DNA of 64,000 bases, taken from positions 48,655 through 112,654 of the IMG/VR virus record IMGVR_UViG_3300030117_007745. One strand, given 5' to 3'. The position numbers and the translations under genes are program-made. This DNA is from a virus. Shown in pieces: positions 30,385-40,410 of the stretch. A model generated the notes under the pieces. That model did no database searches. It was not told the origin of the DNA and saw nothing but the letters and a program-made list of their open reading frames with translations. The first letter of the stretch is position 1. Each line of letters starts with the position of its first letter.

Positions 30385-31988
30385 ACCTTTATACCTCGCA
30401 CGGTTTTCCAACCGCCTTTAATCGCTGTCTGAACACACACGTCTCTTTCGTTAAAAAACTGTTGATGTGATACAGCTTGATTTGTTGAGGTCGCTTTCAC
30501 ATCAATTCCCAATTCATTGCCCAACACTGAACCGTGCATCGATTTATCTTCGGGAGGATGTGGAGGGCAGTATGTTTGAATGTTGCCATATTTCTGGGCA
30601 AGGTAAGAAAACTGAATATCTTCTCCGTTATCCCAAGTTGTTGGCTTTTCTCTCCACAAATATTGTAGCCATTCTCGTTTAAAAAACCAAGCGTGTCCAA
30701 CTAAGTCAACCCTTGTTGTTTCACTATTTTGTGTTGGCCATCCGCAACGATCATGCTTAACATAAAATTTATCATTCAATGTAACTCCGGCAGATCCCAA
30801 GATTCCTTCATTAGTTTTCATTGTTTCTAGGCAGTTATCAAACCACTTTTCTCCGGGTATTGTATCGTCGTCAAATATGGCTACATATTCAGTGTCAGCC
30901 AACAAAGCAGCGGCAAACCTTCCATAGAACTTCCAGTTGTAATCATTGTGGAATATTCTATCAAGGTCAAGTTCTTTAAAATTGAATCCATCATTATCCT
31001 CGTGTTGATTTACCCACAGCCAAATCTGTGTTGGTCTAGTTGTCTGCTTTCTGATTGCATCAATCTGCATTTTAAGATTGTATGGGCGTCGATAAGCATT
31101 GAGAATCACAGTGATTGGAGCTTTTTTGGCCTCGGGCCTTTTGTCACTTTCTAGAACCTCTATAACTTTGTCAATAACCTTTGTTTTTTGAGACCTTACA
31201 AAATCTAGAAGCTCTTGTCCTTTATATTTAGAGAACCATTCCTCGCTAGCACAGCCGAGGTTATTATTGGTCTTAAGTTTGCAATTTACAATACGAGCTT
31301 CAACGGCCAAACGGCAGAAAGTTTCGAGAACCTGAGAAAAGAAAACCAACCCGTCGTGTTCTGCAAGTTGTTTGATAAAATTGTTATAATCTAGTGAGAC
31401 AATAAGGTTGTAAGGAATCTTGTTTTGTTCGCAGAAACTTTTAGCTTGCTCTGTTCCTTTAATTTGATTAGTGCTGTTCAAAACAGCCATCTTCCCATTC
31501 TTCTTGCTGTTCACATGTTGTTGTAGCGTATCGAACTCTTCGTCAGACCATAGAGAACATCCCAGATTGATTACATTTGCTTCTCTAATGTTTTTACTGA
31601 TTACTTCAGCGTGTAATTTAGATTGAGCAAAGACTGCTTTCGCGCTTCTGTAAAAATCAAGATTAAGCAATCTGTTGGGTGGTACTTTGTAATCTTTGTA
31701 CGGGGAAGGATCTCTGCCAACAATGTATTTGTGGTCGTGTTCGTATATCACGTAGTCGCAAGACTTAAGTAAGTTGATGCACATGCCGGGAAGCATAACA
31801 AAATTAGAAACAATAAAAAGCTTATCTGCGTTATCCTTGATTAGTTTTTCTGTGACATGTTTTGATTTAACTCGCGCTACTTTATAGCCCCTTTTAACGA
31901 GCGAAGAGACGACAATCTCGTCTACGAGTTCACCGCCTCCTCTAATCTCTGAAGCATAAAAATCCGCTATGTGAATAATTTGTTTCAT
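30381..31988 (-). CDS. Two-domain glycosyltransferase (GT4-like + GT2-like)
   Basis: N-terminal ETFCRLAVEA; C-terminal IFDDD DxD motif and GED. Confidence 0.7.
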   Translation of the reverse strand: MKQIIHIADFYASEIRGGGELVDEIVVSSLVKRGYKVARVKSKHVTEKLIKDNADKLFIVSNFVMLPGMCINLLKSCDYVIYEHDHKYIVGRDPSPYKDYKVPPNRLLNLDFYRSAKAVFAQSKLHAEVISKNIREANVINLGCSLWSDEEFDTLQQHVNSKKNGKMAVLNSTNQIKGTEQAKSFCEQNKIPYNLIVSLDYNNFIKQLAEHDGLVFFSQVLETFCRLAVEARIVNCKLKTNNNLGCASEEWFSKYKGQELLDFVRSQKTKVIDKVIEVLESDKRPEAKKAPITVILNAYRRPYNLKMQIDAIRKQTTRPTQIWLWVNQHEDNDGFNFKELDLDRIFHNDYNWKFYGRFAAALLADTEYVAIFDDDTIPGEKWFDNCLETMKTNEGILGSAGVTLNDKFYVKHDRCGWPTQNSETTRVDLVGHAWFFKREWLQYLWREKPTTWDNGEDIQFSYLAQKYGNIQTYCPPHPPEDKSMHGSVLGNELGIDVKATSTNQAVSHQQFFNERDVCVQTAIKGGWKTVRGIKV

Positions 31989-33250
31989 TAGTCAAAGCTC
32001 ACAACTGATTCTTCTCTTTCCTGTTCTTCCTGCATAACAGCGTTTGCAAACATGTCATATTGTTTGCTTGGCTCATATTCTTTCTTAACAAATTTTTTCA
32101 AATTTTGTGCGAGCTTTTTGTAATGATCGTAATTGTTATACATGCTGTTTAAGCTTTTTTGGTAACTATCTTTTTCTGGATATGCCCACATTGAATCTGG
32201 TACCAAGACTCCTTGCCATGCAGCCTCCGGCTGAATTGGCCCAATTGTGTATTCAACTTCACAAAAATGTGGCTTATAAACAGTTGTAGTTTTGCTTTTT
32301 GATCCTTTCTTTCTTTGTTTAGTGGGAACATTCAAAAAGTCACATTGTCCACCCCAATTTATGCTAATAATTGGCAGTCCCGTGTAAGACGCCTCATACA
32401 TTGGTAGCCCCCATCCTTCCGCATTTGAAATACAAATCAATGACTTAACTTTTTCATGATCATATAAGCCAACCATTTGCTCATCTGACAGATCTCCATG
32501 GAGCAAGTATATTTTACATTTTGCATCTGGTGGGACCAGCGCTTTCATCATTGATTCTGCTCGCAACCTATCACTAGTTGCATTGTTTTTTACAAAACCT
32601 TTGACAATTAGTCCAACATCTGGGTTGTCTTTGAAATTGTCCACAAACCAAGAAATAGTATTGTTCATGTTTTTTCTTGGGCCCCACTGAGACACGGTAA
32701 GAAAATTAAAATCGGTTTCTAAATCTAAATCAATTTTTTCTTTTTTTAGATCTTTTGCTGGATATCCAACAAACTTCACAGGCGTTGTTACAGATGCCTT
32801 TCCAACCGGCTGATTTGTATTTCTATCAATCATATCATAGGATGTCTTAACCATACTTGTTCTTGCATGATTACTAATAACAATGATTCTATCCATTATA
32901 TTACATTTTTCAATCCACTCTGGTGCGATCTTTGTTGACTCGATGCCGGCAGTATAGCCTATATTTACTGGAGCTAATTTTTCCCATTCATTAGGTATTG
33001 TTATTTGCAAAGACAGGTCAAATTGTCCCTTGCTTTGAATGAAGTGGAAAGTCTTTTGTATGAGAAAGTCAATATATTTTCTTTCTTCGTTATCTTGAGA
33101 GGCCCATCCAGTTTGGCCCCAAGATGTATTAATCAGATAAATATCATATCTATGCTCATGTTTTTTTAAAGATCTTAGTGCAAATCTTGACTGCTCTCCA
33201 TAGCCTGACCTGCTCAATACTGGTCCTCGGAGGATTATTTTTTTTCTCAT
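31988..33250 (-). CDS. GT4 glycosyltransferase
   Basis: SGYG, RKN, EGWGLPMYEA. Confidence 0.8.
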   Translation of the reverse strand: MRKKIILRGPVLSRSGYGEQSRFALRSLKKHEHRYDIYLINTSWGQTGWASQDNEERKYIDFLIQKTFHFIQSKGQFDLSLQITIPNEWEKLAPVNIGYTAGIESTKIAPEWIEKCNIMDRIIVISNHARTSMVKTSYDMIDRNTNQPVGKASVTTPVKFVGYPAKDLKKEKIDLDLETDFNFLTVSQWGPRKNMNNTISWFVDNFKDNPDVGLIVKGFVKNNATSDRLRAESMMKALVPPDAKCKIYLLHGDLSDEQMVGLYDHEKVKSLICISNAEGWGLPMYEASYTGLPIISINWGGQCDFLNVPTKQRKKGSKSKTTTVYKPHFCEVEYTIGPIQPEAAWQGVLVPDSMWAYPEKDSYQKSLNSMYNNYDHYKKLAQNLKKFVKKEYEPSKQYDMFANAVMQEEQEREESVVSFD

Positions 33251-33259
33251 AAAAATTCC

Positions 33260-34522
33260 TTAGTTTATTTTCTTAAGCGTCCATGGGGAGTAAACTTTTC
33301 TATTTTCCCATGACCCATGCTTTTCATGTATTTCATCTAAAAGTTCTACCCATTTTTCTTGATATTGATCAAAAGAATAGTTGTTGGTAACATGTTCTCT
33401 TCCCATATCTCCGAGCTTTTTCAAATCTTCTTTTTTCATGTTATACATTTTTTCACATGCATCCATAAAATCTTTTTCGGAGATCCTATCTTCAAAAATA
33501 TAAGGAACCTGTTGAGAGCCAATAAGCGCCTTTGAAGCTGGCTCCAAACCAATACCAAACCAATTTTCTCCATCGGTAACCTGCTCTTGCAATCCTCCGG
33601 TCATTGTGGCGATGATGGGTGTACCGCAAGAAAGAGATTCTAGAGTCGCTAAACCAAACCCCTCTGCATCTGATATATTAATCGTGCAATCGGAAATATT
33701 ATACATTGCTGATAATTCTTCTGGTCCAACTTTTTCCCTAGATATTCTTACTTGGCCCTCGTTTGCTCCAAAATGTTGTATTAGGTGATCTAGAGGCTGA
33801 CCATATGGATCGTTTGGATCAGTGTGCATAATCAAGACACATTTATCTTTGCCTACTTTATCACAAAACTTTTTAAACCAATAAACTAAACTTCCGCTTT
33901 GTTTTCTTCTAGCATTTCTATTGTTCCAAAAGAAAATAAATTTATCTTTCAGGCCATGGTGTTCTTTTAAATTATCAATTGCTTCTTGAGACATCGGCTT
34001 GAATACTTCTGAGTCTACAGCATGTGGTAGATACAATGATTCAACTTTGTCTGTAACTTCTTTAACAATTGAATGTGTTACTTTTGAAATACAAGCTACA
34101 ACATCATTAGATTCATAAAAACCTTTATTGAAAACTGGTGCTGGATAATTGTCCCAAACGTGATAATAGATCATAGGAGCATGGGCCCTCACTTCGTTAT
34201 CAATATCCCATAACCATTCATAAAACCTAGGATCTGTCATAAACCAAACCATATCAGGCTTTTGAGTTCTCAGGATTGATCTAACCTGATCTTGGGTTCC
34301 ATAGCCATCTACTGGTAATATAACCCAGTCGTCTCCAAATTTGTCAACTTTCATTGGCTCATAATTTTCATGCTTGACTGCACCGCCTAAAGAAAAAACT
34401 TGATACCTTCCAGTTTTAAGGAGTGCTTCAATCATGTATCTTGTTTGGTTTGCTACCCCGGAAGGAGAAAGGGGGTGATCGCTAATGGTAAGTAATTTTA
34501 TCTTTTTATCTGTCATGGACAA
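33260..34522 (-). CDS. GT4 glycosyltransferase
   Basis: NRNARRK, EGFGLATLES. Confidence 0.8.
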   Translation of the reverse strand: MSMTDKKIKLLTISDHPLSPSGVANQTRYMIEALLKTGRYQVFSLGGAVKHENYEPMKVDKFGDDWVILPVDGYGTQDQVRSILRTQKPDMVWFMTDPRFYEWLWDIDNEVRAHAPMIYYHVWDNYPAPVFNKGFYESNDVVACISKVTHSIVKEVTDKVESLYLPHAVDSEVFKPMSQEAIDNLKEHHGLKDKFIFFWNNRNARRKQSGSLVYWFKKFCDKVGKDKCVLIMHTDPNDPYGQPLDHLIQHFGANEGQVRISREKVGPEELSAMYNISDCTINISDAEGFGLATLESLSCGTPIIATMTGGLQEQVTDGENWFGIGLEPASKALIGSQQVPYIFEDRISEKDFMDACEKMYNMKKEDLKKLGDMGREHVTNNYSFDQYQEKWVELLDEIHEKHGSWENRKVYSPWTLKKIN

Positions 34523-35286
34523 TGTTCCGTTCTGTGAAATTCACACTTGCGACAAGCAAGTCTGTTCTTTATGAAGTTTTTCTTCTCAATATTATAAACA
34601 GCTTTTTCTAAAAATTTAAGAGCGTTTTGAGTTTTTTTTGGGCCGCTAGTCACTCGGAAAATTTCAACTCTATCGCTTTTTGCTGTCCTTTTAAGTAATG
34701 CAAAATGAGTTTCTACTGTTTTTGGATCGACATTATGCTTCTTTGCCCAATAGTGTTTGTAGAATGTAAGCTGATATGTCATCATTGGGTCGGATTTCTT
34801 TCGAGCATCCCATCCCCATGAGCACGTTTTCCAATCAATGATGTGAACTTTGTCGTCTGGGGTCTTTATTACTAAATCGATGAACCCTTTAAACTTGTTT
34901 TTCTCTTTACAAGGGAAGTCTTCCATCATTTCCATCAGATCTTCCTCTGCTGCTAACACTTCGTAGTCTCCAAAGTGCTCTTTCATAGCCGGGAGCACCT
35001 CATCAAGGATCAAAGGGCCCTGATTTTGCATAGAATTGACTAATTTTGGGTCTTTATTGGCGTTTTCAGGTAGATTTTGCAGTATTTCTTTGAATTTTAG
35101 GGCAAAAAACGTCTTTTTATCGTCTAAACCCTCCGTCATCATCTTTTCACATGTGTCGTGGATAGCGTTACCAAAAGCAGTAAAAGCGTTGCCTTCAAAG
35201 CCTTTTACCTTGTCAATGTTCATTAATTTGTGATAAAAAGGGCAAAAATTCCAGTTTTTTGCTTCAGAAAAGCTAATGTGACCCAT
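34513..35286 (-). CDS. PD-(D/E)XK nuclease, Cas4/AddB-like with Fe-S cysteines
   Basis: N-terminal CP, GFID, IIDWKT, QLTFY, C-terminal CxxC...C. Confidence 0.8.
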   Translation of the reverse strand: MGHISFSEAKNWNFCPFYHKLMNIDKVKGFEGNAFTAFGNAIHDTCEKMMTEGLDDKKTFFALKFKEILQNLPENANKDPKLVNSMQNQGPLILDEVLPAMKEHFGDYEVLAAEEDLMEMMEDFPCKEKNKFKGFIDLVIKTPDDKVHIIDWKTCSWGWDARKKSDPMMTYQLTFYKHYWAKKHNVDPKTVETHFALLKRTAKSDRVEIFRVTSGPKKTQNALKFLEKAVYNIEKKNFIKNRLACRKCEFHRTEHCP

Positions 35287-35288
35287 TA

Positions 35289-36029
35289 TTACTCCATATC
35301 TGCTAAAGTTTCTATCCTATTATACAGTATGGGGCTCACAGATGCAAGTGTTTTTAGGTCTTTGTACAAAAAGAATGCCTCAAAACCTCTTGCGAAGTAT
35401 TCTCTAACAGAGGTGGCTGAATAAGGTGAGTAAAATAGACCACTTGTATAAGAAGAAAGGAGGGGGTATCCTAAAACAGTATACAAATATTCATCAAACT
35501 CTTCATCGTACATTGGATTCTTAAAAAAAGAAAAATCCACCAATGGCTCATTGTATGCTTTGAGTAATTGAAACAACTTTTCTCTTTTACCTAAAAATTC
35601 ATTCTCTACTCTGCCGTCTCCGTAGATATTATCATAGAATTTTTCTTCTACAGCATGTGCTATCTCATGTACAATATCGTCGGCCATGTCCACAGCATTA
35701 TCTTGAACATTTATAACGTAAATTGCGCCATTTTCATATGCTGCGTTGGTTTCACGCTCTTCAAAATGAGAAAAGTCTCCAACATAGATTACATCCACAT
35801 TGGAAACAAAGAAGGAAGGAAGTGAATTTTCTATAATTTTTATGACTTCTTCTAAAGAACTTTTTTGATCAGTAAAAATTAAATCATCTTTAATATAAAT
35901 CGGTATTTGAGAACCGTATAAAGAGTAGTGATTAAAAGTTTTAGATTTTTTCAAACTTTCTTTTATGTAATCACTTTTGCTCATTTGATTGCTGCTCTTC
36001 TTCCCAAGCCTTTCTTCCGATATCAACAT
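35289..36029 (-). CDS. HExxH zinc metallopeptidase-like protein
   Basis: VHEIAH...REYFA. Confidence 0.65.
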   Translation of the reverse strand: MLISEERLGKKSSNQMSKSDYIKESLKKSKTFNHYSLYGSQIPIYIKDDLIFTDQKSSLEEVIKIIENSLPSFFVSNVDVIYVGDFSHFEERETNAAYENGAIYVINVQDNAVDMADDIVHEIAHAVEEKFYDNIYGDGRVENEFLGKREKLFQLLKAYNEPLVDFSFFKNPMYDEEFDEYLYTVLGYPLLSSYTSGLFYSPYSATSVREYFARGFEAFFLYKDLKTLASVSPILYNRIETLADME

Positions 36030-36267
36030 CTGTCAAAGCTTGGCGATAACCTCTCATAAAGTTTTCTTCTGCAACTGCTAAAACAAATTCAGGAAACTCA
36101 TCTGCTAATTGATCTACAATCATTTCAACGGTAACACTATCATCTTCGGGAGACTTTTTTTCCCCAACATAGTTTACCAACATTTTCTTAAGATCATTTT
36201 CTGGGTGAACAACTTCGTCTAGCACTTCGTTAGTATCTTCGCTGTTTTCTTTAAATTCAATATCCAT
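35971..36267 (-). CDS. Hypothetical acidic protein
   Basis: ORF with a GGAG Shine-Dalgarno downstream of the tRNA. Confidence 0.6.
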   Translation of the reverse strand: MDIEFKENSEDTNEVLDEVVHPENDLKKMLVNYVGEKKSPEDDSVTVEMIVDQLADEFPEFVLAVAEENFMRGYRQALTDVDIGRKAWEEEQQSNEQK

Positions 36268-36281
36268 TTTTTCTCCATATT

Positions 36282-36358
36282 TGGTGGACCCCCTCGGACT
36301 CGAACCGAGGACCTAACCGTTATGAGCGGTGTGCTCTAACCAACTGAGCTAGAGGTCC
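36282..36358 (-). tRNA. tRNA with CAU anticodon, most likely tRNA-Ile2 (lysidine; reads AUA); CCA encoded
   Basis: GGACCTC TAGCTCAGTTGGTTAGAGC...CT-CAT-AA...GGTTCGAGTCC...GGGGTCC-A-CCA cloverleaf; resembles bacterial Ile2 rather than initiator Met. Confidence 0.9.
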
Positions 36359-36370
36359 TTAATATATAAT

Positions 36371-36399
36371 AATATAATATAATGTTTAAATTTTGTCAA
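36371..36399 (-). promoter_or_regulatory. Sigma70-type promoter for tRNA-Ile2
   Basis: TTGACA-N17-TATATT. Confidence 0.7.
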
Positions 36400-36407
36400 G
36401 AAAAAAA

Positions 36408-37715
36408 TTACAAAATCTTTGCTGCTAGAGTAGCAACCTTTGATCGCTCACCTTTTTGGAGTGTAATATGACCTGAAATATCATAATTCTTAAATTTCTC
36501 AACTGCATAAGTTAGGCCATTTGAAGTTTCGTCAATATAAATGTTATCAATTTGTTCGATATCCCCGGTTAAAATTATTTTTGTTCCCTCGCCAACACGG
36601 GTCAGAATTGTTTTTAATTCGTGCCTTGTAAGGTTTTGTGCTTCATCTATAATAATAAAGGCATTCGTAATAGATCTGCCGCGAATATAAGTGATGGCCT
36701 CTATCTCTATAACTCCCTTTTCAAAATAATCCTGAACAACATATCTATCATTTCCCATTAAAAATTCTAGATTATCTTTAATTGGCATAAGCCATGGATC
36801 CATTTTCTCCTCTAGTGTTCCCGGCAAGAAACCAATATCTTTTCCTAGGGGCTGGACTGGTCTAGATACAATAAGTTTTTTATACTTTGATTCTTCTCCC
36901 AATACTTGCTCCAAACCTGCGGCGACCGCCAAAAGAGTTTTCCCAGATCCAGCTTGTCCAATTAGAGAAACAACCTCGACACCAGAGTCCATTAAAAGAT
37001 CTAATGCAAATGTTTGTTCTTTATTTCTTGCAGAAATCCCCCAAACATCTTCATTTTTGTACAATTTTTTTAGTGGGCTATTGTAACCGAAAAATCTGGC
37101 CAATGCAGTTTTTTTATCATTAGAGTTTGAAACAAGCATCACATATTGATTTGGATTGAGACTTATTTCTTCCTCATATGCATATATTTCATCTCCAGAA
37201 TAAAAAGAATCGATCACTTGCTCATCAACAAGGTACTGGGAAAATCCAGTAAATACTTCATCTTTGCTGTCAACCGTGTCATGTGCAATATAATCCTCAC
37301 ACAAAAGACCCAAAGCATCACACTTGACTCTCATGTTTATATCTTGCGATACAACAATTATTTTTTTTCTTTTATAATTTGATTTTTCAGTTAAAGCAGT
37401 AGCTATAATTTGATTGTCTGGAACTGTGAGATCAAAATCATGTGGCAGGTTTTCAGTATCGTAGTGTTTTACAAATAGCTTACCCTTGTCATCTCCTAAA
37501 GATACACCTTTTACTAAGCTTCCCTTCGTTCTATAAACATCTAGAATTCTTATAATATATCTAGCATTAAACCCAGCACCATCTTGTCTGGCTTTGTTTT
37601 TATCAATTTCATCTAAAACCTTAAGGGGTATAATGATATCATTATTATCAAAGTGCTTAAGGCAACTAGGGTCTGACAAAAAAACACAAGTATCTAGAAC
37701 AAAAGTTTTTTTCAC
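36408..37715 (-). CDS. phoH: PIN-domain PhoH-family ATPase (PhoH2/YlaK type)
   Basis: VLDT PIN start; GQAGSGKT, IGFLPG, RGRS, IIDEAQN, GD..QID. Confidence 0.9.
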   Translation of the reverse strand: MKKTFVLDTCVFLSDPSCLKHFDNNDIIIPLKVLDEIDKNKARQDGAGFNARYIIRILDVYRTKGSLVKGVSLGDDKGKLFVKHYDTENLPHDFDLTVPDNQIIATALTEKSNYKRKKIIVVSQDINMRVKCDALGLLCEDYIAHDTVDSKDEVFTGFSQYLVDEQVIDSFYSGDEIYAYEEEISLNPNQYVMLVSNSNDKKTALARFFGYNSPLKKLYKNEDVWGISARNKEQTFALDLLMDSGVEVVSLIGQAGSGKTLLAVAAGLEQVLGEESKYKKLIVSRPVQPLGKDIGFLPGTLEEKMDPWLMPIKDNLEFLMGNDRYVVQDYFEKGVIEIEAITYIRGRSITNAFIIIDEAQNLTRHELKTILTRVGEGTKIILTGDIEQIDNIYIDETSNGLTYAVEKFKNYDISGHITLQKGERSKVATLAAKIL

Positions 37716-37770
37716 GGAGGCTCCTTATAACATAAATACAACTTTAAAAAATAAAAGTTTATTTTTCTAA

Positions 37771-37779
37771 ACTAGTTAA
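37771..37779 (+). promoter_or_regulatory. Candidate late promoter motif ACTAGTTAA
   Basis: 4 nt upstream of the ATG at 37784; variant of the recurring motif. Confidence 0.4.
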
Positions 37780-37783
37780 AAAT

Positions 37784-38614
37784 ATGGCCAATAGAATTTA
37801 TTACATATTATCATGTTTATTGCTTAGTATTTTAACTCTTTCTTGTGCATCTACAAATTTAAATTTTTCAAATGATGCTAGAGATACATTTGTAAAAATT
37901 AAACAAAATGTCAAAATAACTATTTGCAATCCAGAAAATAAAAAAGAATGTGTTAGCAAAAGTAGTGTTTCAAGTGGATCTGGAGCTGTTGTTTATTTGA
38001 CAGATGAGGGTTCTTATGTGCTAACTGCTGGACATGTCTGCACATTTGATAGAGAGTTGCAAATAGCAGCAGAACTGAACGCTGATAGGATGGATGTTCA
38101 GATGAAAGCTATAAATTTTAAAATGGGAGAATATGTTGCAGATATTATTGCGGTTGACGAAACAATAGATGCATGTATACTGTTCGCTCATAATTTATAC
38201 ACAACAAAAGTAGCCAAATTGGCCCCTAAAATAAAAAAATTAGAAGTTGGAGAAAGAGTGTACAATGCGGCCGCTCCAGTTGGAATATTTTATGAAAATG
38301 TAGTTCCTTTGTTAGAAGGATTTTTTATGGGGAATAGGGATACTAGGGCTTATTATTCTATACCTGCAATGGGTGGCAGCTCTGGATCTCCTATATTTAA
38401 TTCAGATGATGAAATAGTCGGTATGATTCATTCTGTTAATGTTTATTTCCCAGTTGTGTCTGTCTCTCCCCCCTTGGATGAATTAAGAGAATTTACAAAA
38501 AATAGTATAAAAAAGGGAGAGAGACTAAGGCTTAAGAACGAAACGGATCCAGAATCTTTTTGGGATTCTTTGAGATTATCTCCAATGAGCAAGCCAAGCA
38601 ATTCTAGTCTTTAG
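37784..38614 (+). CDS. Trypsin-like serine protease, predicted lipoprotein
   Basis: Signal ending LTLS-C; TAGHV, D, and GGSSGSP catalytic triad. Confidence 0.85.
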   Translation: MANRIYYILSCLLLSILTLSCASTNLNFSNDARDTFVKIKQNVKITICNPENKKECVSKSSVSSGSGAVVYLTDEGSYVLTAGHVCTFDRELQIAAELNADRMDVQMKAINFKMGEYVADIIAVDETIDACILFAHNLYTTKVAKLAPKIKKLEVGERVYNAAAPVGIFYENVVPLLEGFFMGNRDTRAYYSIPAMGGSSGSPIFNSDDEIVGMIHSVNVYFPVVSVSPPLDELREFTKNSIKKGERLRLKNETDPESFWDSLRLSPMSKPSNSSL

Positions 38615-38700
38615 TGTCGAGAGGGGGATTCGAACCCCCACACACGCTTTAGTGCGGCAGATTTTAAGTCTGCTGTGTCTACCAGTTCCACCACCCCGAC
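38615..38700 (-). tRNA. tRNA-Leu(UAA), CCA not encoded
   Basis: GTCGGGG...GCAGA-CT-TAA-AA-TCTGC, long variable arm, GGTTCGAATCC; followed by CTA. Confidence 0.9.
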
Positions 38701-38713
38701 ATATTTTTTTATT

Positions 38714-38742
38714 ATTATATTAAAATATATTTTATTTGTCAA
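38714..38742 (-). promoter_or_regulatory. Perfect-consensus sigma70 promoter for tRNA-Leu
   Basis: TTGACA-N17-TATAAT. Confidence 0.8.
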
Positions 38743-38797
38743 CAAAATTTAACATAAGAATAAACCTAGCCTTATAGTTATAACTAAGGACAAACAA

Positions 38798-39196
38798 ATG
38801 GTATCAATAGGTCTTTTTAGTTATATTTTATTTTTACACTATCTTGGAGATTATATTCTCCAGCCATATAGTATGTCTGTTCAGAAATCAGAAAATAATA
38901 TTATGTTGCTATATCATACAATAATATATTCCATTACAATTTATTTTGGGTTATTGTTTGTAGTTGAGGTATATGATGCAATGCTATTTTTTGCATTGAC
39001 TTTTATTACTCATTTTGCAGTTGATTTTGCTACTAGTAGAGTTATTTCTGATAATTCTTCTGAGCTTAGATTGGACCCTGATGTATCAAAGCCTATACAC
39101 AAAAGGCTTAAACTTTGGGGTCCAATCAGTTTGCTTGGATTTGACCAACTTCTTCATCAAGCCTGTCTCTTGATAACAGCTTACATAGTTTTTTAA
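38798..39196 (+). CDS. DUF3307-like membrane protein
   Basis: HYLGDYILQ, THFAVD, DQLLH; several TM segments. Confidence 0.75.
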   Translation: MVSIGLFSYILFLHYLGDYILQPYSMSVQKSENNIMLLYHTIIYSITIYFGLLFVVEVYDAMLFFALTFITHFAVDFATSRVISDNSSELRLDPDVSKPIHKRLKLWGPISLLGFDQLLHQACLLITAYIVF

Positions 39197-39699
39197 TCTT
39201 CTGCAAGTGTAGCTCTATGTATTTCTCTGTATCTATCTAATTTTTCTAACTCTGGTATTGCAGTTCTTTGAATTGTATCTTGAACAAGAATTAAATACTT
39301 CTCTTCTATCGAATCGCTATTTTCTCCTAAACTAAAAATAGGAACAATGTCTAATTCCGAACAAGTGTCTAGTTCTTTTTTTGGGATTGTTGTGTTTTTT
39401 GCTGTACCACCATTACCAAAGAAAGTTGGCCTAACCTTTTTAAGAGCATCGCAAACAGTGCCGTCTGAGTCATCAAATTCCACTACTTCGCTGACATATG
39501 GGACATCTTCTAGGGTTATTTTACGAACATCAAAATCAAAAAGTAAATAACCTTTATTTTTTATGACCCATTCGTCACTATTTAGGGCTACAACAACGTC
39601 ACCGTATGAACTGGCATGTTTGAGTAATAATAAATGCCCGAGATGGAGAGGATTAAAAGCTCCGCTTATTAATATTTTTGGTTTTCTATCAAAGTTCAT
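39193..39699 (-). CDS. Cytidylyltransferase-like (HxGH) nucleotidyltransferase
   Basis: SGAFNPLHLGH, LNSD, FGNGG. Confidence 0.75.
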   Translation of the reverse strand: MNFDRKPKILISGAFNPLHLGHLLLLKHASSYGDVVVALNSDEWVIKNKGYLLFDFDVRKITLEDVPYVSEVVEFDDSDGTVCDALKKVRPTFFGNGGTAKNTTIPKKELDTCSELDIVPIFSLGENSDSIEEKYLILVQDTIQRTAIPELEKLDRYREIHRATLAED

Positions 39700-40316
39700 G
39701 GAGTGATAATATCATCAACGAGACCATACTTTAAACAAGTTTTTGCATCCCACCATAAATCTCTCTTTAGGATATCTTTAATTTTTGTTTTTGGAATTTT
39801 TGTATGCTCTTCATAAATCTTAATAATCCTTTTCATTAACATTTCATTGTTTTTCATATCATCTTTCATGTCTTCAAATTTTCCCCACATGCCTGATGAT
39901 AATTGATGAATTAACATAAAAGCATGCTCATTGATATATCTTTCATTAGCGACGACACTCATGATTGTCGCAGCGGAAGCTGCACATCCATCTATGATCG
40001 AGACGACAGGTGCTGGACAGTTTCTAATATAATCAACAGATCCAAATCCTGCAAAAACAGACCCTCCATAAGAATTAATATGAAGATTTACTTTTGGAGT
40101 CTCGGACAAATGGTACAATTGCTGTATATTTTTAAGCTTGTGGCCAGTTGTATGCAAAAGTTTATTTAAAACTAAATTATCTTGCCTTGTTACGCCAGAA
40201 TAAAAATAAATTTTATTATATTCTACAGATACTCTACTATCATCAGCTGATCCAGCAGACATTGTGGGCTCTCCTTTTTCAATATCTTTTAATTTTGTGT
40301 TCCAATATTCGTTCAT
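39696..40316 (-). CDS. clpP: ClpP-family protease
   Basis: INSYGGSV, AASAAT (catalytic Ser), MLIHQ (His), YGLVD. Confidence 0.85.
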   Translation of the reverse strand: MNEYWNTKLKDIEKGEPTMSAGSADDSRVSVEYNKIYFYSGVTRQDNLVLNKLLHTTGHKLKNIQQLYHLSETPKVNLHINSYGGSVFAGFGSVDYIRNCPAPVVSIIDGCAASAATIMSVVANERYINEHAFMLIHQLSSGMWGKFEDMKDDMKNNEMLMKRIIKIYEEHTKIPKTKIKDILKRDLWWDAKTCLKYGLVDDIITP

Positions 40317-40335
40317 GTTTACCTCTTTTATTTAG

Positions 40336-40409
<74 letters not shown>

Positions 40410-40410
40410 T

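Noticed and set aside
7732-34522. Bacterial chromosomal O-antigen/capsule locus
   Set aside because: No export, polymerase or initiating transferase genes; seamlessly joined to phage-type genes on both sides.
34513-35286. Cas4-like nuclease as evidence of a CRISPR-Cas locus
   Set aside because: No repeat-spacer array or other cas genes seen; stand-alone Cas4-like nucleases are common in phages.
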